This document shows positions 1 to 11,230 of a stretch of DNA of 64,000 nt, piece by piece. Origin of the DNA: Marsupella aquatica (taxonomy: Eukaryota; Plantae; Marchantiophyta); the NCBI GenBank assembly GCA_973895155.1, contig OZ316898.1, positions 16,101,320-16,165,319 on the forward strand, in the 5' to 3' direction. A model generated the notes under the pieces. The model was given only the letters and a program-made list of their open reading frames with translations. It was not told where the DNA came from and did not search any database. A program made the position numbers and the translations under genes. Within the stretch, counting starts at the first letter, position 1. Each line of letters starts with the position of its first letter.

Positions 1-1407
1 AATCTTGGGCTTAGGAGAGAGGCTTAAACCAAAAGGGATTGTACCACACTTTTGCATTGAAGTATAACTTTTGCCTCAAAGTTCAATGTATTGAATGGAT
101 GTCAAAAGTTATGGATGATTCATAAGAACCATGGATTTGTAAGAGAAAACTTTGATATCTAGGGAAAGGAGAATTGTAGTGAGTCATTTGATGTAAATCC
201 GATCTCTACTGGAGTATATGGAAGTCAATGATGAATGAAAATCAGAATACCTATTGATAAGAAGTTAGATCTTATGAATTTGGTGATCCAAGAGTCTCTT
301 GGAGAATCGCTTTGGAAACTTGCATAATAAAAGAGTAAAGAAATTGCTTTAGGATTTCAATTCATCTAAAACCGCAGTAAATCGCTTTCCTTATTCCTTA
401 TGGAACCAAATCTTGGTTGTTTTGAGCAAGATCTTACTCATTTGGTGTTGTTCTACTTACCACACTTGGATGCCAACGTCCTTCAGTCGCGTGGGAAGAG
501 CCAACTTGGATACCAAAGTCCCTACACAACTCGGGCGTGAGAGACTTAATCATACATCTTGAGGAGGAGGACATTGTGGCTAACGCATGGACATGCAGTT
601 ACGGTTTATTCATGTGTAGTATCCTATCACGAGGTGGAATAGTTGGGATTCTGTACTGGGTACCACACTTAACTGATTGCATGGAGTAGTGTGATTAGAT
701 TAGCGATTTTGTTGGCCTGCTGGACGGATCCGTTTCATCATAAAATATTAGTACGCATGGGAGATGATGGATATTTAAGTGAGGTTTTCTAAACGTGGGA
801 TTCTGCTAGTCCGTAATTTACAGCCTCATGTAAGAACCTTCGGGGTTGGATGATTTTGTTCAATTCTGGGAAGGATGTCAATTATTGCTCTGGAATAAGG
901 TTAAGTGTTGTACTTGTTGGCAAGCTGATCTTTTTTCCATCATATTCTTACACCATTCTAAATCGAAGAGATTAAGCCAATCTTGTAAGAAGTTATTAAT
1001 AGTCTTACTTACTAGTTACTAGTGTAAGAGGTGGGGTGTCCTAGCTAGGCATAGTAAATAGGGTTGCTTTTTGAGTAAATCTTTGTTCATGGAGAAAATG
1101 TTTTACTTTTTGCTCGCACTTTACAATTACCCCACTTCCATATTGTATTCGATACTTAAGTCACACTTCCATTTGACACAGAAAGCCACAATGCTCCCCG
1201 ATCACAGTGGAAAGTTTCATCTTTTACATGGTACGGTCTTTGTTTGTGTTGTTGTTCGAGTACGCTTGTCGATCCGTCGACCATTGTTCGCAAACTCTCT
1301 CATTTGATTATCGAGCACGCGCTGATTGGCGATGTTAGTGAAGTGGCGAGGGACTCAGACCAGTTCTGCTTTCACTGCCTGCATCGGAGATATTAAGGGG
1401 AAGGGTA

Positions 1408-3799
1408 ATGTTTAAACCGAAGCAACCTCATTTTGTGACGGGTGATTACAAGAAGCAGAACGTGTTTCTGGAAGACGGGGAATACGGCCGAGCTTTGGAT
1501 TCTTTAGTCAAGACTTGTACAGACCTCCTGATCTGCGATTCGGATGGAGTTGAGTGCAAGGTTCTTCTGGGAAGGCGCATAGTCGAGCCTCAGCCTGATT
1601 GGTGGTATTTGCAATCCATTCCTGCCTTAGAACTGTTGGGTGATTTGGTCCCATTCACGTAATTTCCACTCATTCTTTCACGACTTGTAAAGCTCAAAGA
1701 ATTCAAGCTTAACACACCTATCTGTCTCAAGATCAAAGGTTTGCACATGGCTGGACTTGTACTTACTTTGTCTCTTATTCGATATTTTGTGGAGCTGGTT
1801 CCAAGCTTGCAAATATTTGCTCCTTCCAATGGGCCTTTTGATCCAAAAGGTGAGACTTTTGGTAAAATATTTCATTCGGTTACAGTCTCCCCCACTCGCT
1901 TAGTGGTGGTAAAATCCTTTGCTCGAATACCGTCCTGCTAGGGTGTGCAATCTATGGTGCCACGGCGATGACAGGCGAACCATGTCCATATTTCTTATAG
2001 GTTCCATTTTGTGATTTTGCGTCTATCGGAAGTTCGATCCCTCCCTCGAAATTTCTCTGTGGTATTCTCGAGGTGCAACGCTGGAAAGGTCGATTACGGT
2101 AACGCAATTCCGTGCAATTTGTATCGAACTGGGAGAGGTCATCCTGCCAGCACATACCGTGGAAAAGATGGGAGGATAAGCTGTTACTCGCTTTTTCAAG
2201 CGGCCGTGCAATATTCACAAGAGTTGTATGATGCGAGGGCCTGTTTTCTGCAGAAATGGTAAAATTGTTTGTACAGTTGAGTCAGCTTGGAGTGGCGTAT
2301 CCGTTCGTGCTTGGAACTTTGTGGAAAGAATTCATTTTTACCCACACAACAATAATGATTGTTTCCAGCCAACTCGAGGACCTGATCGAATCACCCACCG
2401 ACCATCCTGTCTGATTGGTCCAACGCTACACACCTTTCCATTGTTAATAAGCCCAAACCTTTTGTGTTGTTAAGGGTGTCCTTGGTGAACATTACACTCA
2501 ATTGTTTCTTTCTGGTTTCTTGCTTCATTTCTCCAGCACTGTCCGTTGGCAAATCCTGTTTGTTGCTTCGTCAGATGAAGAATATGTGACCGTACCGCTC
2601 CTCTCAGAACTTGGCTGGGTGTGATTACACGTGCGCAGGTATATGGGTGGAAGAATGAAAACTGGGGAGACTCCAGAAGAATCCATGGCCCGTCTGGTCT
2701 CGAGAGAGCAAAAACTTGCGGTGGATCCTTCTCGGTTCCGTGTCTTGGGATATCATTCATACCATTGGGCTCGTCGGCAACAACCACCGGAAGAAAATGG
2801 AACTTGTGACCTGTCCATTGTCTTCACGGTCACGTTGCAACCCGGAGAGGCAGAGCGTATCTGTATGGATGAAAAGGAGTACGCTGAATTCAGGTACTCG
2901 ATATGATATTCTTACTTTTCTGCTAAGTTTGTACTGAATTCAGTTACTCAATATGATATTCTTACTTTTCTGCTAAGTTTGTCTGTGATTCACGATCGGA
3001 CGCCCACAATTGAGCTCTTGTAATAGGTCATGGATGACGAGAGAACCGGAAGATTGAATCCGGCCGGTCAAAGCGATCGCTCCTTTCTCCGTACAGCGAT
3101 GAAGGCATCGTATGTTTTATTTTCTAAATAATGTTTGGCTGAAATACATGGCCGTATTTCTTTACGCATAGTGTTGTCATTCTGCAAATGGACTTTCAGG
3201 TGGTATTCATTACGGGAGATTCTTGACGGTGAGCGGGACTTTCATCCAGCTTTGGTGCAATCTGCCAGGTGTGGTCCTATGAGTCCACCCTTGAAATCAA
3301 TGGACACGTCAAATATTAATGTCCTCGTCGTAGGTTCTCTTACTAGCTTTTGCCGAGTTTTTATCCTGTAGTTAAGCTTGAGCCCTTCAAGTTACAAAAT
3401 CCTGATGGGTCAATGTCTTCTTGTTCAGTGATCAATATTGAGAGTTCAGTGATCAATATTGAGATCGTGCTGTTCAATTCACTTCCTTCAATTGCTTCGT
3501 ACCAAAGACTTTCCTGTTGATAAAACAAGTCTAGTAGTTGATACTGAGAATCAGATGCACCAAGAAGGTTTTCTCTGATTTGTCTTCAAATTCTAATTGT
3601 TGAAGAGTTTAAGCAGGATGTGACTTGAAGTTCACCTCGTAACTATTCGCTATTGCTGATACTTTTCAGGGATGTTTATGCTCGGCATTCTTGGGATCAA
3701 TTGAAGGCCGCCATCAGATTTGGTGAATCGTCACAGAATGTGTATGAAGCAGCTGTTAGACTAGTAAACAATTCGGCTTGGGTAGATAATTTGACATAA
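1408..3799 (+). CDS. Nudix hydrolase, GDP-mannose mannosyl hydrolase (NudD/GDPMH)-like; 4 exons 1408-1604, 2639-2893, 3200-3268, 3670-3799 (~216 aa)
   Basis: GT-AG introns join in frame (651 nt) to give ...LLGRRIVEPQPDWWYMGGRMKTGETPEESMARLVSREQKL..., a variant Nudix box resembling GDPMH (GGR-x4-ET-x5-RL-x3-E-x2-L); ends in TAA at 3797-3799. Confidence 0.8.
2884..2982. repeat. 50-bp tandem duplication spanning the Nudix exon 2 splice donor
   Basis: ctgaattcag(g/t)tactc(g/a)atatgatattcttacttttctgctaagtttgt occurs at 2884 and 2934; the second copy has lost the GT donor. Confidence 0.85.
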
Positions 3800-5351
3800 C
3801 AAGGTCATATATTCCCCCGCGCCACTTCTCCCCTCTTTAGCTTATACCCAACAACTTGATATGACAGCATTTCCTGACGATGGCTGCAGTCCGTTCCAAC
3901 ATAATGTGGGATACGTTTTGTCCCCGTTTGGGAGATAACATAGAAGAGGACTGACCATGGAAAAGATATTGAAGATGGCAGACTATGGAAACTTCACACT
4001 GTCTACCCTTGCCCCATGCAAGTCACATCTCCATTTGAGGTAGAGAGTTGGTTTCGGGACCATCACCTCGGCATAACTCACTGTATACATGTGATCTGTC
4101 GTGGAGGCCCACAATGACAGAGGGTTGACCTTGAGAGCAGCTGACAGTCTTTTTGTACTTCAGAATTTTTAGTGATGAAAATGGTTTGATCCTCACTAGA
4201 GAATACTTGTGTTATATGTTTCGTGCATCATTTCTTGGATTGGAAATGAATAACCACCATTGATAGAGTTAATATCATCGGCACCAATCATTATCTTCGA
4301 AGCTAATCACATCAGGAACATTGACAATAACGATAGGTACAACCAAAATCACTGACGTCCTTTACACCATCTCTCCCAAAACAGGGTAGGAAGCTTTCCT
4401 GCTGGCAGTCTCTTGCAACTTGGCCTCAGAGACGGTTTATTTAACCTCGTCTAGCTCTAATTGAGTATTGTGGTCCACCAAAAAACCTTTTCTCCACAGG
4501 TTATCTAAGTTCTCTTCCATTCTAGAAGAGCAAACGTACATTCATGCATTCTTTTAAATTGTCCAACCCAAACAGCCTGACAATCAGTAAGGAAGATGCA
4601 TAATTTGTTTTCATAACTTGAGCCAAGTCTTCATCCTCGACTCAAGTCACATCCATCTATCTGTATAAGAGCCTTGAACCTCTCTGTAAGATAATTTCAG
4701 ATCGGTCCTTTATCCATTTGACCCGTCCATAAGGAGTTAAGTTTTTTAGATCTGATGGGTCGTCCAAGTATTCGTTGAAATGTGACTGTCCAAAGCCACT
4801 GAGCTATTTGAACTTGTAGTCCTTGTTTTAGTTACATTAAATGTCTGTAATATTTTTTGATAGTGTTGTAGAAGCCAGAACAGTCAAAATCTTAGGAGCG
4901 AAAACGTGAAGGGCAACTGTCATACTAAAGCATGATTTGCGACTGTCCCGGCTGCAGATATTCCTTCCTTCTAAACTTTCTATCGTCCCAGTTCAATTCC
5001 CGCTTCGTCAATATTCGATTCGTCAAAGGATTTTAATGCCTGCATATTCATAAGGAGCTTTGATTAGAAGCATTTTTGAGCAGACAACCTGTAGTTAAAA
5101 TTTATCAAATTCTGTACGTTGCACTTTGCTTAGGAAAGATGCCTCTGCCCCAGGATGTATACCTAGCAAGAACTAATGGCATTCTTGTAAAGGCTTCGGT
5201 GCCAATCAACTACACCCTTTAATACTTTTCAACTTGCCTCTGCTGACTTGAGCTCCAGGCTTTCCAGACACTCCGTCACAGAGACTTGTCAAAGGTACTT
5301 ACAGGCACCCATCCCAAAGCATGCAATGTTCACGTCCGAAGGGATTGGATT

Positions 5352-7188
5352 TTAAAATACCTGACGCAAAAGATTGGCAAACCTCAGCATTTCCGCGAAT
5401 GAGTTGTACAATGGTGCAGGACCAATCCTCATCACATCTGGTTCCCGAACGTCGCAAATTACTCCTAGAACCTTCAGACGGTTGTGTATTTCTCGAACAG
5501 GACAATTGGAGACGAATTTCAGAGACAGTTGGGAACCGCGAGCATATACTTCAGCGGGTGTTACAATTTGAATGTGCTTATTCAAGTAGTCATCACTCAG
5601 TAGTGCCTCCAAGTAACCTGTCAATAGCCTTGCACCGGCAGATCATTTACTAAGCTAGTTGTCGACCATAATAGAAAGTTCAGCCGCAAAAACTTGAATC
5701 GCCTTATTTCAGTTTCCGGAGACATGTCTTTGTTCACCTTGGACAAGAATTCAAAGTTTATTTCAGCGAACTGTCCAAAACATAATTTACCTTTACGCAG
5801 AGTGACTTTCGAGACTGAAATTCGACTCACTGATATTTCTTGTTATGTGGTTCCCTGAACATATCTATAAGAAGTCTGATTGGTTTTCTTTTGAGTGGGG
5901 AAGCTGCGTTTGAAATGGTTGGGTTAGATTATTCGCAAACGTAAATTCACAAGAATAAAGTCAACGCAAATCTCATCCATCATGTTTGTCTACAATTAAT
6001 GCTCGTAAAGATTCGTTTGACCCCCTCTTGGAAGATTTGTTTTCGCTAAAAGACCTACTGTAGCCCTGAAAACTGTTAAAAGACGATGAGATGGTCCCCC
6101 TTGACAAAGTTTAACTACCTCTGCTTGGTTGTGATGCGCTCCATGGTTGCTTCCTGAAAAATCTCCAAGCTGGCCAATAAGCACATTAGCGACAGCATTG
6201 GCGCCGTCGAGAGAACATATCCCCCAGCTCCGACTATCGGATCATGCAGCTCGCCCATTTTGAACTTCGACTCGTTGGTCTGCCCCCACCACCCATCTAA
6301 TCCATTCAACCCTGCAATCCTTCGATCAGCATGATGATGCTTTTCGTGAATAAATGCCCCACCCACTGCTCCAGGGCCAGAATTCAAGTACTTGTACGAG
6401 CACCAGCAGGCAAAATCCAAGCCCCAGTCATGGAGATGAAGCATCACATTCCCCACTGCATGTGCTAGATCCCAACCAACGATGGCGCCCACTCTATGAC
6501 CTGCTTCGGTGATGGCAGGAATATCAAATAGTTGGCCGGTGAAATATTGGATTCCAGGGAACAATACGAGGGCAACGCTCGATCCGTGTTCCAGCAGCTT
6601 CTTTACAATGTCTTCTGTCCTGAGACATCCCTCGTTTGCCCGAGGGGTGACTTTTACGAGAGCTTGGTCCGGATTTAGGCCATGGAGCAGGAGTTGGGAC
6701 CGAATTGCATGGCTGTCGCTGCAGAAGAGCCCATCTTCTACAACGATTTTGAAGCGCTTTTCGTTTGGTTTGTAGAAGGCTATCATCATGAGGTGAAGAT
6801 TAACAGTCAGCGAGTTCATGTTGACCACTTCACTGGGCATTGCGCCTACTACGTTTGCCATCAATGATATGATCCTCTCCTCGACGGTAGTCCACGGCCG
6901 CTCTCCACTGAAGTGCCCCTCGACTCCGATGCTGCCCCACTTGCCGAGCTCTTCAAGGATGTAGTTCTTTGCCTGATGAGGCATCAATCCTAGGGAATTG
7001 GCACATAGGTAAAGAGGCTCTGGAAGCCCTAGCGATTCGGAAGAATCGTGCACCCGTTTGGGACGTGAGAAGCGATGGCGGAAGTCTTTCAGCTCGTCAG
7101 CCTGGTCCAGTGCGAGGGCGAATCCTGGAGAAGAAATGGGGAGCTGCAGCAAATTCCCATGCTGATGAATCAGTTTGGCCATTGTCAA
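5352..7188 (-). CDS. KYNU: Kynureninase (PLP-dependent); 2 exons 7188-6119 and 5628-5352 (~448 aa)
   Basis: Motifs YLCANSLGLMP, MNSLTVNLHLMM, GWDLAHAVGN and DFACWCSYKYLNSGPG (PLP lysine); the splice restores KQRLLTGYLE, followed by RGSQLS and CDVREPDVMRIGPAPLYNSF; no stops. Confidence 0.93.
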
Positions 7189-7391
7189 TTTGACACCTAT
7201 TGCTCACTAGCTCGAGAGCACTTGCGGCAAAGCTCTGCAATAATCATCATCACCAACTGCGGCTACTGGGAAAACTATCAATTCTTACAAACGAGCGGAA
7301 CGAGAATGACAGGAGACCAGGAACCTAAGTACGAAGCCCGAGCGCTAGCGAAGGAGCGTAAGCATTTGGAGGACTAAAATTATTGTTTATA

Positions 7392-10300
7392 CTAGCTCCG
7401 AGTACCCGTTCTTTGAACGTCAATAGGGATGAGGACCAAAAAGTGCTTGAGAAGACCAAAAAGTGCTTGAGACAAATAGATTTGAGAAAATAATAAGAAT
7501 AGTGTATCAAAAGGCAAAGGGAAACCTCACTTGAGAAATTTTTCCACCAAGACTCAAAACTTGATGGTAAAATGGTTCAAGTGGGGGAAAACCCTAAATT
7601 TTATTCAAATGGTGGAAATCTGAACATAAGGTATGTTAAATGGCTTGTAGATATCAACATGACATAAAACAATAATGTCATATGACAGCCACCATGAAAT
7701 AGTCCATTGTAGACTACACATTTGTTTGAATATCTAGAAGTGCTCCATTTGCTTGGAGTGTGGAACCAACCAAACAACCAAAACTACAACTGCAAAAACA
7801 CCCAAAAGAAGAAGCCAAAAGAACGGTCATAGGAGGAAATCAATTGCAATAGATTGAGTGCATCTAGAATGATGGAATATAAAGAGAGTGGAGTAAGCAA
7901 TATAACCCTCTTCAAAAAGATTCCAAGTGCTAAGAAGATCCAATCATGTTATCAAAAAAGGGTCAAGTTAGTATTGAATTGAATGAATGTGAAAGGAATA
8001 TTTACCTGTCAAATATTGAAACAATTGATTATTGAAGCTCGGAGTAGAGAAGCCGTTCTATCAATGCACGGGCTCGTGCCGGTGTAATCAAGAGCTTGAT
8101 GGATACGCACCCTCCCATGATCACACAATCATCTTAAAATCTCCCGGTATACAACATTCCTTCTGAAAAGGTCATCCTTATTGGGATATGCATTCTGTGC
8201 TATCATAATGCGAATACCAATCCGAGCACCAACCCTAGACAATGCCAAATATAATTGACCATGCGAGAAAACTGGGTTTGGTAGAAATATTACAATCTTT
8301 GCCAAGGTTTGACCTTGAGACTTATTGATGGTCATACCAAAGGCAGCATGAATAGGAAACTGAAATTGACGAAGATTAAATGGTAACCCTGAGTCAGATG
8401 CAATAAGAGGAATGCGTGGAATGAAAACACGGTCTCCGATATTCTTCCTTGTGATGATCTCTGCATCTATGACATGACGCCCAAAACCACGAACTATCAA
8501 GCGAGTGCCATTAGCTTGTCCACTTGACCCATTCATGTTTCTCAAAAGCATGATGGGTGCACCAATCTTCAGAGTCAACTTATGTGGAGGTAAACCAGAT
8601 GGCAACAATGTATTGAGGAATTCCGTGGGATACATGAAGGCAGTTGCTTAATTGGGAATTGAATCTGCACTCAAAAACTCATGTTCCTGCAAAACTCCAT
8701 GGATAAAAATTAGAAAGTTACTAACTTTCATTGAAATGTTTTTCCTTCAAAGCTAAAATTGAAAGCTCTTCAAGTTGCTAGTGGTAAGGGATTTACCTCT
8801 CCAGGAAAGCCACACATCACCTCCTCATTGACCTTATCCACATCTTTGTTTGTGGTGGTCAAAATAGCTCTATCTTTTAAAAAGTTAGCATTGTTGAAGT
8901 TCACTGGATCTGAGCCATAGATCTCAACAATTAGGTCACTAAGATGGTCAGTTGGCATTATCAGGTCATGTGGCAAACGAATGACATCATCACCCAAATC
9001 AGACTCAGTTGGCAAAGTTCCTCTCCAATTGCTAGTAACCAATCGCTAAAGCCTTGTTGCTCAAGCGCCTCTTCTCCTATATATACGAAAATCCAGAAAG
9101 GTTGTCAGTTTTTTTTAAGCAAATATTAAAGAAAAATATATTTACTTATTCCAACATGGAAAGGTTGGTGCTAAGATAAATTAACATTTCATAAACTAAA
9201 TAGTGAAAATGATACTCTATAAATATCATAACACACCTAGTATAAAATAAAAAAGAATTCTTGATAATATAACATACCTTCTAGTGTTTTTACTCTCATG
9301 TTCTCACTTAGCCTCATCACTTTTATCTTTGACCATATAGAAGATCTTTTGAAGGTGGCTCGAATGATGGCCGCTTGATCTCCATGCCGAACTACAGGAA
9401 GCACTTGGCGAAAATCACCACCAAAGACCATCAATTTTCCTCCAAACGACAAGTTACTCTTCATGATATCTTGAAGTGTCCGACTAACAGCCTCAAAGAC
9501 ATGTCTATGAGTCATGGGTGCTTCATCCCATATGATCAATAATGCGCATCGCATCAAATGTGTGGCTTCACTCTCCATTACTATGCTGCACACAATCATC
9601 ACAAAAAAATATGAAAAAATAACATTTGTACTGTATCTCTAAACCAATAGCTCAATATCGCATAAATTAGTATTTTTTATGAACTCAATCTCACTATAAA
9701 CACAATTTTAACTTCTTACTTGCAAGTAGAGCTTTCGTGAACAATGAGTGGAATCTTGAATCGTGAATGTGCCGTGCGACCTCCCTGTAATAGTAAGGCT
9801 ACAATCCCTGATGATGCCATGGCAAGAGCAATGTGCGCTTCACATCTGACCCTTGTTAGTAGAAGATTATACAAAAATGTCTTTCCAGTTCCACCTGGTC
9901 CATCAATAAAGAATAGATGCTCCTAGATAAAACAAAAAACTTGAGTTAGACATGAAAATTATTCATAGTGTCAAAATAAAACATCTCATAATCATGTTGC
10001 AAAGCTATATGGAAAGGTAATGTATATACTTACCCGAGGAGATTCGGGTAAGTATATACAGACAATTAAATTCAGAAAAATGGGACAATCGTTTGTTGTG
10101 ATCTTGTAAATAACGGTCAATTTCCAACAATGCATTATTGATAACAGCATGTTGAAGAAGATCAGACATTCCAAATTCCTACAAATACAATGTGGTTGAC
10201 CAATGTTAGTTTGCAAGATGAATGTAGCGCATTAAATCATTTTATTAGAAGTTATGCCTCATGAGTAAAGAAATAGATTTGTGTAGAAAAGAATACCTGA

Positions 10301-11230
10301 CGTCTCAAATACAGTAGATTCTCTGTTATGGATGTTGCAAATTGATCCCATAACTCTTTAGGGCATGCAGGTGTGTTGTAGAGAAGAATGATGATAAAAA
10401 GTTGACGGACTGCACGTCCAATCCGTATCTCTGAACATTCCCTCAAACAATCAATAACCTCTGAATCATCTTCCAAGAGTCCCAAGTTAATTTCTGCCTC
10501 CTTAAAAGTGGGCATGGTTACATTACCAATTGTTTTCAAACTGTCATATCCAATAGCCCCTTTAATATGATGAAGAAGTAACCACACGTTCTCCTTCACC
10601 TGCACAACAAAAATTCATTAAAATGAATATTTTGAATATAATAATAATAAATTTAATTATTTGAGTGCAATTAAGTCAAGATAAACATAATACCTGGATG
10701 AGTTAAATATAAACGGCCAATGGGATATCCACAACCTTTAATCTTTTTCTTACGGAGAATCTAGTTTTTTTGGTTCTTGTTCCAACTGTAATGAAGTGGA
10801 AACTCATGGTATTTATATTGTCGTGCCCCAGGATCACTAACATTTGTTGCAAACCATTCTGTCAATGTGGTTGCCACCCTCCATTGTAAAATCTCCTCGG
10901 TTGTTACGTTCTCACTAAAAACAAGACTTTGCTCATTCTCAAGATGAACAGTTAATTGAACAGTACTTGGCTCTTCCGAATGCAAACAAAACTTGAAAAT
11001 GCGTCAACATGCTTCAACAGATGAGATGTATCTACAAACAAAAATATTAGTATGATTTGAGAAATCTTCAAATAGAATCAAATAACAATTGTACAAAAAG
11101 TCTTAAGTCAATTCACATTATTGCAAAACTTGAAATTCACATTATTGCAAAACTTGAAATTGATTAATGAATTTATCAATTCAAAGCAAGTGACAAGGGA
11201 TAAGAAAGGTCTTTATGATGGGGCATACAA
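7392..11230 (-). mobile_element. Helitron remnant (5'-truncated, Rep domain missing) with intact 3' terminus
   Basis: Minus strand ends ...CGTTC-AAA-GAACGGG-TACTCGGAG-CTAG|T at 7392 (hairpin plus CTRR); Pif1 helicase exons lie upstream; the high-coordinate boundary is approximate. Confidence 0.8.
8129..11035 (-). pseudogene. Helitron RepHel, Pif1-like helicase portion, intron-split and decayed
   Basis: Motifs RYISSVEAC*RIF, IDGPGGTGKT (Walker A, ~9885-9910), IIWDEAPM, GGDFRQVLPV, MTINKSQGQTL and FSHGQLYLALSRV; in-frame stops present. Confidence 0.9.

Noticed and set aside
1-1100. Possible retroelement remnant upstream of the Nudix gene
   Set aside because: Short repeats are present, but I found no recognisable protein motif or terminus
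1408-7188. Nudix and kynureninase as a functional NAD-metabolism gene cluster
   Set aside because: The Nudix resembles GDP-sugar hydrolases rather than NADH pyrophosphatases; adjacency alone is not evidence
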